NCBI GenBank assembly: GCA_010909165.1
Contig: VJWM01000126.1
Location: 620,001-684,000 of the forward strand
DNA from: Anthoceros angustus
Taxonomy: Eukaryota > Plantae > Anthocerotophyta
Direction of reading: 5' to 3'
Length of the DNA: 64,000 nucleotides
Shown here: piece after piece, positions 1 to 13,572 of the stretch
Layout of the letters: the number at the start of each line of letters is the position of its first letter
How positions within the stretch are numbered: the stretch's first letter is position 1
Made by a program: the position numbers and the translations under genes
The notes under the pieces: generated by a model
Seen by the model: the letters and a program-made list of their open reading frames with translations, nothing else
What the model was told of the DNA's origin: nothing
The model's database searches: none

Positions 1-1
1 A

Positions 2-1703
2 GTGCACTGTGATGTGTTGCACAGTGGCATTCCTCCTGACTTGTTTGTTGGCACCTGCCTGGTGGACATGTATGCAAAATGTGGTGAACTGAAAGATGCA
101 CGCCAGGTTTTTGACAGCATGGCCACAAAGGATGTGGTGACATGGAATGCCCTGATTGCTGGGTATGCACAGCAAGGACTCGGCCAAGAGGCGCTTGTTG
201 TGTATGGACAAATGGAGGAGGAGGGCCTTATTTTGGCTGACCATGTTACTTGCCTTCTGAAGGCCTGTGCAAGCACTGGTGCCTTACAGAAGGGCAGGCA
301 GCTGCACTCACAGATTGTCGAAAGAGGACTGCTGGATGACGTAGTGTGGCAACTGCCTGGTGGACATGTATGCAAAATGTGGTGAACTGAAAGATGCACG
401 CCAGGTTTTTGACAGCATGTTGGCATGAAGGGTATGCAAAATGTGGTGAACTGGAAGATGCACGCCAGGTTTTTGACAGCATGGCCACAAAGGATGTGGT
501 GACATGGAACGCCCTGATATCTGGGTATGCACAGAAAGGACTCGGCCAGGAGGCGTTTGTTGTGTATGTACAAATGGAGGAGGAAGGCCTCATTTCGGCT
601 GACCGTGTTACTTTTGCTTGCCTTCTGAATGCCTGTGCAAGCAGTGGTGCCTTAGAGAAGGGCAGGCAGCTGCACTCAGATTGTCGAAAGAGGACTGCTG
701 GATAAGTGGTGGGCACCTGCCTGGTGGACATGTATGCAAAATGTGGTGAACTGGAAGATGCACGCCAGGTTTTTGACAGCTATGGCCAGAAATGATGTGG
801 TGACATGGAATGCCCTGATATTTGGGTATGATACTTGTGATGATAGTCACAGAGCACTAGCTTGTTTTAAGGAGATGTTAGTTGCCGGTATTCAGCCTAA
901 TGAGGTGACTTTTACTTGCCCTCTAGCAGCATGCAGTCATGAGGGACTGGTCCAGGAGGGTCTTCGATTCCATGGCTGAACATCATGGCATCAAACCTAG
1001 TGTTGAACATTACATTTGCATGATTGACCTGCTTTGGCGTGCAGGCCATCTAGATGAGGCAGAGGACATGCTCTTATCATGTGAGAACCAAAGTAATCTT
1101 GTGGGGTTGACCACTTTGCTGGCTGCCTGCAAAAGTCATGGTGATGTAGAGAGGGCTACGCGGTGCTTTGAAAGCCTTGTAAAACTGGACCCTCAGCGGG
1201 CGTCCACATATACGCTCATGGCCCAAGCGTATGCAGATGCAGGTATGTGGACGGATGTAGAGACGATTGAAGCACAGAGAATGGTTGCAGGAGCGAACAA
1301 GTAACCTGCAGTGGCAACCATCGAGGTGAAGGAGCAGGTTCATACATTTCTGGTGGGAGAAAGAAGAGAGGATATTGCGCCTACAGTAGAGATCACGAAT
1401 CCACGACTGAAGCAGGAAGGTGGCCACGTACCCCACACAAAGTTGGTGTTGAAGCCACTGGGTGAGAAGGAAAAGGAAGATGCGCTATGTGGGCAAGCTG
1501 AGAAGCTAGCTCTGGCGTTTGGTCTGTTGAACACTCCGAGTGGCACACCTCTGGTGGTGACGAAGAATCTACGCATATGCAGTGACTGCCACAGTTCCAC
1601 GGAGATCATGTCAAGGCTTGAACAGAGAGACATTGTTGTAAGGGATGGGTACCGTGTGCATCGATTTGCAAATGGTTGTTGCAGTTGTAAGGGTCGACCG
1701 TGA
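2..1703 (+). pseudogene. PLS-class PPR gene with DYW:KP domain ending GRP; disrupted; 5' end lies outside the window
   Basis: P/L/S motifs (VDMYAKCG, VVTWNALIAGY) are spread over several frames from 2 to 980, then E1/E2. In-frame TAA at 1302-1304 (NK*PAVATIEV), then HTFLVG...CGQAEKLALAFGLL...KNLRICSDCH...HRF.NG.CSCKGRP*. Confidence 0.85.
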
Positions 1704-1969
1704 CAGTAACCTCTTGAAGAACTGATGGCCAGTGCCTCAAGTGTGTCGCCAGAGAATATTGCTCTCCCTTGAGGCTGAATCGGGTTGATTAACCCCGTCC
1801 CTGTTCAAACTGGGACAGGGACACGTGAAGAAATTGAGCTGATTGCAAGTGGGAATGGGCCTTTATCAAATGTGTTCTGATTTAAGGGAGAAGGATGCAC
1901 CTGCCATGGTGTAAAAGAATTAGTAAAAATTATTTTATTTATATTTTCTTTTATCCTTTGGCGTCAACC

Positions 1970-2041
1970 GGGCATTTGGTCTAGTGGTATGATTCTCGCT
2001 TCGGGTGCGAGAGGTCGTGAGTTCGATTCTCGCAATGCCCC
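1970..2041 (+). tRNA. tRNA-Pro (anticodon CGG)
   Basis: Acceptor stem GGGCATT/AATGCCC, anticodon arm CTCGC-TTCGGGT-GCGAG, T arm GTGAG-TTCGATT-CTCGC; T-runs follow downstream. Confidence 0.95.
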
Positions 2042-2062
2042 TCCTACTCTTTCAATTCTTGC

Positions 2063-2316
2063 GATCCTTTTTACCATCTCTATCATGCACCCCTAGTGAT
2101 CCTTTTTACCATCTCTATCATGCATCTCTAGTGATCTTTTTTACCATCTCTTTCATGCAACTCTAATAATTCTTCTTACCATCTTTGTAATGCACACATA
2201 GTGATTTTTTTACCATATCAATATGATCTTTTTTACTATCTCTCTTATACACCTCTAGTGATTCTTTTTACCATCTCTATCATGCATTCCTACTTGATCC
2301 TTTTTACTATCTGCAT
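2063..2316. repeat. 35-bp tandem repeat, about 8 degenerate units, directly 3' of the tRNA
   Basis: Unit gatcctttttaccatctctatcatgcacccctagt starts at 2063, 2098, 2133, 2168 and 2203 and continues more degenerately. Confidence 0.9.
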
Positions 2317-3253
2317 GCGAGAGGTGGTGAGTTCACTCTCGCAATTTCTTTCTCGCAATGTTCTTAATTGGAAACAGAATAATCAGAAAAAAGAACATTT
2401 CCAATCCAAGGACTAATACAGACCTTTCCATTTCATATGTGTCAAACATCATGGAGGTACGATTGATTACATATACAAATTATAATTAATATGAAATAGA
2501 TATATATACAAATTATAATTATTATGGAATAGATATATACAAATTATTTGAGCTGATGCATAAGTCATGATGTGGCATGAAATTAACTTTATCCCTTCAA
2601 CTTGAAGATGTTGTATACATTATGATGTGCTGTAACATTGACATAGTCATGGCGAAAATCAAGCACACCACTCCAAGATGTTGTGAATATTATGTGAAAT
2701 TGAGTTAGTTGTGGTGAAAACCAAGTAGTACACAAACTTCGAGATGAGTGTTGTCATATTGCATCTAATTAGTTGTTCACTTTCAAAGCTCTTTCACTTC
2801 ACTTTCAAGGCAATTAGACAAATTTAACACAAACTCTGCAAGTGGTAGTCATGTTTTGTATTCCTTGTTGTTTATTTTGATAAGATTCTAAAAACTATAT
2901 ATTTTCTTTCAAGCTAACTTAAAATTATCTTTATAAATAAATAAATAAATAAACAAATCTATATTAATATTAAATAATAATATACATAATCATCTTCATT
3001 GATTCAATGAACGAATTGAAGTCCATCATATTTGAAACACGAGGTCCCGACGTACTTCTCTCCCGTGTCCTTGATGGTCTTCCTTGAACGCGCTGTATGG
3101 TTCGTGGGTTTAGTTGATCAATAAATGAAAGCTTGTTTTTGTATTACGGCGATTGTGGGAAATGGGTCTGACGCAAGTGAAATCCCAACTCTGCGACGAC
3201 AGAGCGGGTGCGCCTAGGCGGGCCCTTAGCTCGTCGAGGCTTTGGGAAGGAAC

Positions 3254-6200
3254 ATGTTCTGGAGCTGTGCACGCACGGGACTTGCTTTGACGGTGCATTT
3301 GATTTGCAGGGCGGGTGGCAGTCTAGGCCAGGTCGGTGGGGAAATTGAAGCATTGGAGAGTCTGGTACAGCGAGGATTTTATGTGTCCGTCGCACTCTTC
3401 TGTGGTGTTCTTAAGAGGTGTGTCGAGCAGAGGGATGAGGCTGTTGGCAGGCGTGTTCATGCTCTTACTCTTGAAACTGGGTTAGAGTCTTGTACATTCC
3501 TGGGCAACAACATTATACGGATGTATGCTTCTCTTGGGAGATTGCATGAGGCGTTCCAGGTGTTTACGGACCTGGCTGCACCGAATACGTTTTCCTGGGC
3601 AATCATCATTTTGGCACAGGCTAAGCTGGGAGAGCCTGCGCAGGTTATAAAGTTGTATCAGCAGATGCGACACTTGACTGTGAAGCCAACCAACTATGTT
3701 CTTGTGGCTGTCCTCAAAGCATGCACCAGCGAGGCAGATTTGGCATCTGGGAAGCAGGTCCATGCGGACATTTTGGAAACTGAGGTTGAGCCGAATGTGT
3801 TTGTCTGCAACTGCCTTGTGGACATGTATGCAAAATGTGGGAGCTTGAAGGATGCTCGCAGAGTGTTTGATGGAGTTGCCAGGAGAGATGTGGTTTCATG
3901 GAATGCCATGATCGCTGGATACACTCAGAGTGGGCGGGGGCAAGAGGCCCTCACCCTGTATGCAGATATGGTACAGGAGGGCATCATTTCAGCCAGCCAT
4001 GTGACATTTGGGTGCGTCATTAAAGCCTGTGCTAGCCTTGGTGAGCTACATCGAGGGAAGCAGCTGCACCTAGAGATTCAGACAAGGGGCATGGAATCTG
4101 ATGTTGGTGTTGGCAGTAGCCTGGTAGACATGTATGTGAAATGTGGCAGTTTGGAGGATGCACGGAGAGCTTTTGATAGTTTGCCGGTGAAAGATGTGGT
4201 GACATGGACAGCTATGATTGCAGGGTATGCACAGCATGGGCGTGGTCATGAGGCTCTGTCTCTTTATGGGAGAATGCAGCATGAGGGCGTCACTCCAGCT
4301 AATCATGTTACATTTGTGTGCCTCCTGAATGCATGTGCCAGCATCAAAGCGTTAGACGCAGGCAGGGAGCTCCACTCCAAGGTTCAGGCGAGAGGACTGG
4401 AAGCTGATGTGGTGGTCGGTAACAGTTTGGTGGACATGTATGCCAAATGCGGCAGCTTAGAGGATGCTAGGAGAGTATTTGACCATTTGCCCACAAAAGA
4501 TTTTGTGACATGGAATGCCATGGTTGCAGGGTACACTGAGCAAGGTCGTGGACAGGAAGCCCTGACTCTTTATGGAAGGATGAAACAACTGGGTATTCCT
4601 CTGATTGATCGAGTTACCTTTGTGTGTCTCCTGAAAGCATGCTCCAGTGTCGGGGCTGTACGTGAGGGGAAGGAACTTCATGACCAGATCCGGGAACAAG
4701 GACTGGAAACCGATGTGGTTGTTGCCAATTGCTTGGTGGATATGTATGTCAAATGTGGGAGCTTAGAAGATGCCCGCAGAGTGTTCGACATTTTGCCAAC
4801 AAGAAATGTCATAACATGGACATCAATGATTGCAGGATATGCCCAGCAGGGCCTTGGTCAGGAAGCCCTCAATGTATATGCACGCATGCAAGAGGAGAAC
4901 ATCACGCCAGCTAATCTAGTCACATTTGCCTGCCTGCTGAAAGCTTGTAGCAGCACAGGAGCTTTACGTCGGGGCAAGGAACTCCATCTTCAGATTCAAG
5001 AGAGAGGGCTAGAAGCTGATGTTGTCGTTGGTAACAGCCTGGTGGACATGTATGCAAAATGTGGTAGCATGGAGGATGCAAGCAGAGTGTTTGAAAGATT
5101 GCCAAGAAAAGATGCGGTGACTTGGACGGCCATGATTGCAGGATATGCAGAGGAAGGGCTTGGTCAAGATGCCCTTGCTCTTTATGCAAGGATGCAACAG
5201 GAGGGCATTAGACCAGCTGATCGTGCCATGTTCGTCTGCCTCTTGAAATCATGTGCCAGTGTAGGAGCTCTGCTCCAGGGGAAGGAGCTGCATCTGCAGA
5301 TTCGGTCAGCAGGACTGGAATCGGATGAAGTTGTTGGCATCAGCCTGTTGGACATGTATGCAAAATGTGGCAGCTTAGATGATGCTCGCAATGTCTTTGA
5401 CAGACTGCCCACTAGGAATGTCGTGGCCTGGACTGCGTTCATAAATGGGTTTGCACAACATAATCAGGGCCGGATGGGATTGCAGTGCTTTGAAGAAATG
5501 CTTCAGTATGGGGTGGAGCCTAATGAAGCTACATTCCTGTGTGTACTGGCGGCCTGCAGTCACGAAGGCCTGGTGCATGAGGGTCGACACTATTTCAAGC
5601 TGATGGTGGAGGCCCATGGAATTAATCCCAGTGTATGTCACCACAATTGCATGGTTGACCTTCTTGGACGGGCAGGCCATCTACATGAGGCTGAAACCAT
5701 GCTGCAGACTATGCCGTTCAAAGCCAACTGTGTAGGGTGGATGTCTTTGCTCAATGCATGCAAGAGCCATGGTGATGTAGAGCGTGGAAGACGTTGCTTT
5801 GACCTCCTTATCAGATTAGATCCTCAAAACGCAGCTCCCTATGTCTTCATGGCAAGTATGTATGCAAACGTCCACATGTGGTCAGATGTAAGCAGGATCG
5901 AAACCCTGAGAAGGTCAGCAGGTGCATGCAAGAAACCTGCAAGGGCCTGGATTGAGGTGAACAGCAAGGTTCACACGTTTGCTGTGGGGCAAGAAAGGGA
6001 TGACGTCTCGTCAAAGCTGAAGAGTGTTAATCTCCAATTGGAGGAGGAAGCAGGCCTGTACTCATCTCCGGAGGTGCTAGACGCTCTCTCTGGTCGGGGA
6101 AAGGGAGATGCTTTGTGTGGACATGCCGAGAAGCTTGCATTGGCATACGGGCTCTTGAACACCCCAGATGGTATGGCTTTGCTAGTCACCAAGAACCTTC

Positions 6201-6331
6201 GCATGTGCAATGACTGCCACAATGGCACCAAGGCCATGTCGAGAATTGAGAAGAGGGAAATCATTGTCAGAGACGCACACCGTGTTCACCGTTTCGTGGA
6301 TGGTTCTTGTTCTTGCGGAGATGGGCACTGA
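3254..6331 (+). CDS. Intact intronless PLS-class PPR protein (23 repeats, E1-E2) with DYW:KP domain ending DGH; candidate organellar RNA-editing factor
   Basis: First ATG at 3254. Regular L-S-P triplets, KKPARAWIEV (KPAxA), CGHAEKLA, KNLRMCNDCH, RVHRFVDGSCSCGDGH*. Confidence 0.93.
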   Translation: MFWSCARTGLALTVHLICRAGGSLGQVGGEIEALESLVQRGFYVSVALFCGVLKRCVEQRDEAVGRRVHALTLETGLESCTFLGNNIIRMYASLGRLHEAFQVFTDLAAPNTFSWAIIILAQAKLGEPAQVIKLYQQMRHLTVKPTNYVLVAVLKACTSEADLASGKQVHADILETEVEPNVFVCNCLVDMYAKCGSLKDARRVFDGVARRDVVSWNAMIAGYTQSGRGQEALTLYADMVQEGIISASHVTFGCVIKACASLGELHRGKQLHLEIQTRGMESDVGVGSSLVDMYVKCGSLEDARRAFDSLPVKDVVTWTAMIAGYAQHGRGHEALSLYGRMQHEGVTPANHVTFVCLLNACASIKALDAGRELHSKVQARGLEADVVVGNSLVDMYAKCGSLEDARRVFDHLPTKDFVTWNAMVAGYTEQGRGQEALTLYGRMKQLGIPLIDRVTFVCLLKACSSVGAVREGKELHDQIREQGLETDVVVANCLVDMYVKCGSLEDARRVFDILPTRNVITWTSMIAGYAQQGLGQEALNVYARMQEENITPANLVTFACLLKACSSTGALRRGKELHLQIQERGLEADVVVGNSLVDMYAKCGSMEDASRVFERLPRKDAVTWTAMIAGYAEEGLGQDALALYARMQQEGIRPADRAMFVCLLKSCASVGALLQGKELHLQIRSAGLESDEVVGISLLDMYAKCGSLDDARNVFDRLPTRNVVAWTAFINGFAQHNQGRMGLQCFEEMLQYGVEPNEATFLCVLAACSHEGLVHEGRHYFKLMVEAHGINPSVCHHNCMVDLLGRAGHLHEAETMLQTMPFKANCVGWMSLLNACKSHGDVERGRRCFDLLIRLDPQNAAPYVFMASMYANVHMWSDVSRIETLRRSAGACKKPARAWIEVNSKVHTFAVGQERDDVSSKLKSVNLQLEEEAGLYSSPEVLDALSGRGKGDALCGHAEKLALAYGLLNTPDGMALLVTKNLRMCNDCHNGTKAMSRIEKREIIVRDAHRVHRFVDGSCSCGDGH

Positions 6332-6665
6332 GAAAGATGTACGCCCACATTCCAGCAGGCATCCCGATATGCCTGAGTACATATGTACAAAGCGTTGAAG
6401 CAAGCACCTAATTCATTCGATCAAGTAGCTGACCTAATTCTCGATGTTGAAGCATGTCTCTTGGCATGGTAGAGGTGAACGACGGACGAGCAATGAGACA
6501 AAGAAGCGACACTGACGGGTGTTCTCGCCGAGCGAGGAAAATTGCACACCGTCTGTAGCAACTCTGAGGGAATGTGTCAGTTTCAAGTCTATACATGTTT
6601 CAATTAACGGAGTCCGGAAGAGAGGATGTCCTGCAACCCTGTCAACGATCTCAACTCCTCAGTGG

Positions 6666-9921
<3,256 letters not shown>

Positions 9922-10761
9922 AGCTCAGGAGCAGCTGGGTCCGGAGGTGGGACAGCAACGGCAGAGGGGAAGCAGCAGATCGCCGTTCGCGGAGCGCAAG
10001 TCCATGGACCGAGTCCAACGGGACATCGAATGGGGAGAGACCTAGGTCACAACAGAGCAGCAAGTGTGAAACCCGGTACCTCCCTCTCTGGCTCCAACCC
10101 GGTGGGTGGGTTGCCCCTGAAACTCGGTGGGTCGTGTTGGGTAGACCCCTGTGGCAGGCAGGGTCCGGGAGTGGGGGAGAGGGGCCGCGCGGGGCCTAGC
10201 CTGGCCTGGGTAAGCATGCTTTCTGCGCCTGTAATGCACCTGCCGTTTTGAGACCAAGTCCTGTAATGTCGTCTGCTCCTGTGCATTCCATTGTGCATCC
10301 CGCTGGCCGCATTCTGCATTCAGAATGTTGCTGCATTTGAAGAGTCTACCAAGCGCATGTGTCTCTGCCTGCCTGCCTGCTGCTTCGGCTGCTGCATCTG
10401 GCATGAACGCGTTCTCACCTTGCTGGATCCTGGGAGGAAACCTGGGCCCCACGGCTGGACAATGCGGGCTGAGGGAGAGCCGGCCCAAGGAACATGACCC
10501 AAATTCTGCGAGGAGGGAGTCTCCGGGCTGCCCACTTGCCGGCCTCCCGGCCCCTTCTTCGCAGCAATTGACTGTTGCTTGGATGCGCAGGCAAGGTTTG
10601 CATTCTACGCACCCCCTGCGCCAGGGCCAGCAACTGCTCTAGCTCAAGTTCCAGTTCCAGCTCCAGCTCCTGGCGGGTATTTCCAGGTCGCCCGTCGCAG
10701 CCCAAGTCGGTGATGCTCACCTGGGAGGTGAGGAGGAGAGCCTGCAGAAGGAGGTTTAGTC

Positions 10762-12984
10762 ATGATGCAGCAGCAGCGGCCTCGCCAAGTGAGGCAAGCA
10801 GGGAAGGGCCGGGGCCCGGGCCCAGAGGAGGACTGGATGAAGCCCTCTCTGGCTTACCCGCCAGGATTCACTGACAGGGAGTATGACTTCGAGTATGATG
10901 AGGCTCTGCCTGGGGTTACTGCACCCAACATGCTGGCGCAGCGAGCCATCAAGTATGGCTCCTCCACTGAGCACTCGCAGGACTGGGGAGCGGACAGGAG
11001 CTTGAGGTTGGAACGCCTGTGGATCGAAAGTGCCTCCAGCTTGGAAGTGTCATCCCCAGAGCAGGAGCATGAGAATGAGCATTCGCAGACTGATGCTCAC
11101 GGTGGTCGGCCCACTGAAGTGTCCGCGGGTTCCAGGCACGAGAGTCGGAGTCCGGTGTTTGTGGAGACCGTCACAAATTCCTCCCGTGCAGCAGTTGGCA
11201 GCCCAAGGATCAGTGCCCGTTGGATGTCGTGGCTGTGTTCCATGAGACGCCCCAAGCACAGTGCTGCTGTGGCTCCTCGCTTGGGTGGTAGCTCCCCTGA
11301 GGTTGTGGAAGTAGAATGTGCACCAGATGATGCGTCAACAGGACAGGGCACACCATCTAAGCCAGAAGAGTTCCTGCCTCGCCGGCAAGGGGTCGAAGGA
11401 GGAGCCGCTGCCGTTGGGAATGAGGAAGTCGTTCTGCAAGTGCCCCTGGGCATGATAGCCTTGGCTTGGCTTGATAGCCAACCTCTGCTTCTTTCTTCAG
11501 GTTTTCATTCCTATGCTTCACGCTCCTTCACCATTCAGGAATTTGTGCCGGAGAGCACAAGAGTGATCCACCATGGTTGCCTTCACAGGTGGGTTCCGGT
11601 TGTAGTCTCTTCATCAACTCTCCATGACCTAGCTGCTGCTTCTTCTTGATATTCACATGTTTGACGTGCTGCCCTTACAGGGTGGTAATGCCTCCAGGTC
11701 ATGTGGGTATTGCATGGGTGGACGGCCGGGCTGAAATCCTGGAACCAGGAGTTTTCGAACGATCCTGTATAACATTCTCATACTCTGCTTCGAATGATCA
11801 GAAGCTGTCAGACAAGGAGCTTGTCCTGGGACCTTATAGGATAATAGTAGTGAACGAAGATGAGGTCGGAATAAAGTTCTCCAATCGAAAGCCACAGGTG
11901 CTGCATTGTGGCCGGTATGTTGTCTGCTCCACACTCAGTCCAATGCCCTGTGGTGAAAGATTACAAAGCAGCTCGGGGCCGTGAACAGGAAAAGGTTCTT
12001 GTCTGTCTTTGTTAGATTGCTCAGGCAATGTGTGTGGTGCGAGAGTGGTCAGGCAGACTAGGTGTGGCAACTTACTGGTGTGTGATGTGGCTTGGTGTTG
12101 CATGACTGCAGGCACATGATAGACATATCGAAAGCAGAAGTATTTGCAGGATTCGAGTCCCTTTTGTGTAGGAGAAGCAGGATCTCAGAGCTCTTAGCAA
12201 CCACTGCAGACGACATGAGAGTTGAAGCCCAGCTTTCCTTCCACTGGCAGATCGGAGCGGAGGATGCCGCTGCTGCTCGTGTGGCAAACGTTGCTGATGT
12301 AGAAGGTGCCGTGTCTGCCAAGTTCCGCCGTGCATTTGCACTGGTGATGTGGTGCTACAAGGGCCGCGATATCGTGGATATGCATGCAAAGAGCGACTTA
12401 TCACATAATGACATGATCCACATCTCCCAGATGTCATCCTCATTTTCTTCGGACATTTCCAAAGAGTGCCTGGAAGTTGTTGTCGATCTTTTCGAAGAGG
12501 TAACCTACACCTGCAGCTGAAGCAGAAGCTTTGCATGCAGGCTGCAGTATGTCTGTCGCTGAGTCTTACAATATTGCTGAGCATGTTTTGTGTCTCCGCA
12601 GGGTTGGACTGTCACATTCTGGGAGGTCCAGTTGGAAAGACTACAACTTTATCTGGATACTCCAGGTCAGTCAACAGACGATCAGATGCAAGCAGATTTA
12701 ACCGATCAAAGCGCAGCTGACAAGGAGACAATGTATCGGCAAAAGAAGAAGGTACAATTCTGTTGAAGCTAGACATCCAACACAAGAACACAGATAACAG
12801 ATCCGTTGCCTGAAATACAGATCCGGTGCCTCGCTTTCCTCCTATCATTTCCCATATTTCTTTAAACCTTTCTAACCTACTGCCTGGTCTGTTTCTTGTC
12901 ACCGTGCTGCACACTTCCCCGCAGGTGCGGATCAGGCTGAACGAAGCCCCTAAAGTGTCTGCATCATCAAGAAGGCGGGGATGA
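10762..12984 (+). CDS. Predicted 552-aa SPFH/Band-7-like protein: disordered N-terminus, three tandem beta repeats, SPFH-like core
   Basis: Exons 10762-11588, 11681-11914, 12112-12499, 12602-12751 and 12925-12984 join in frame with GT-AG introns. Repeats VPLGMIALAWLDSQPLLLSSG, MPPGHVGIAWVDGRAEILEPG and VNEDEVGIKFSNRKPQVLHCG. Core TTADDMRVEAQLSFHWQI...EEGWTVTFWEVQLERLQL. Confidence 0.65.
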
Positions 12985-13470
12985 ACCCGGCAGCCAGTGG
13001 TGTAATCTTGCACAGTGGTGTCTCCATTCTTTGTCCAAGTTTTGCGCGTATCCCGTTGCTCGTCAACAGATGTAACTATATAATCTCCATGTAACAAACT
13101 CTTTGGCTTTTGTATTGTATCACCAGCAGCTTTCGGACGCCTTGTGCTGTGCCACGACAGAATATTGTCGGTACTCTTTCCAACGTCCCGTAGTGTACCA
13201 GGGCGCGCCAAAGTACCTGCTAGCGGAGTTGGTGCGCTAAATCAGCAAAAGCGCACGTACATAAATGTGTGGCGTATCAGCACTTTGAATCGAACAGTCC
13301 TTGCGGCACATGGCAGACACACACCTCTGGCACGGTTTCTTCAGTACATCGTCTTGGCACCATGGGATAAAAATTCCGTGGTAGACGCCACTTTCCTACC
13401 AACCCCACACAGTGCCAGCGGCATGGAGCCTAGACGCCACCAGTGAACCACCATTCTCTGCCGCAGAAAG

Positions 13471-13572
13471 CGACTCGAAAGTCGCGAGTTGTGAGTCGTG
13501 AGTCGCGACTCGGGGACCGCGAGTCGACTCGGGGTTCGTTCGAGTCGATTCCGGGTTCGTGAGAGTCGACTC
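13471..13572. repeat. Phased GAGTCG(CG)ACTC palindrome array
   Basis: Palindromes start at 13500, 13521, 13542 (one mismatch) and 13563; 7-bp-period half-sites at 13479, 13486 and 13493. Confidence 0.8.

Noticed and set aside
1797-1822. 8-bp hairpin gtccctgt/acagggac after the first PPR gene
   Set aside because: Short enough to arise by chance, and intrinsic terminators do not apply to plant Pol II genes.
2063-2316. Repeat arrays as CRISPR (also 22408 and 56193)
   Set aside because: Head-to-tail units with no unique spacers, eukaryotic context and no cas genes.
12612-13460. 199-aa minus-strand ORF and a possible small spliced ORF with an intron-like segment near 13220-13325; in-frame TGA considered as selenocysteine
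   Set aside because: It overlaps the SPFH 3' exons antisense, no frame gives a recognisable protein, and land plants lack the Sec machinery. RNA-seq would be needed to revive it.
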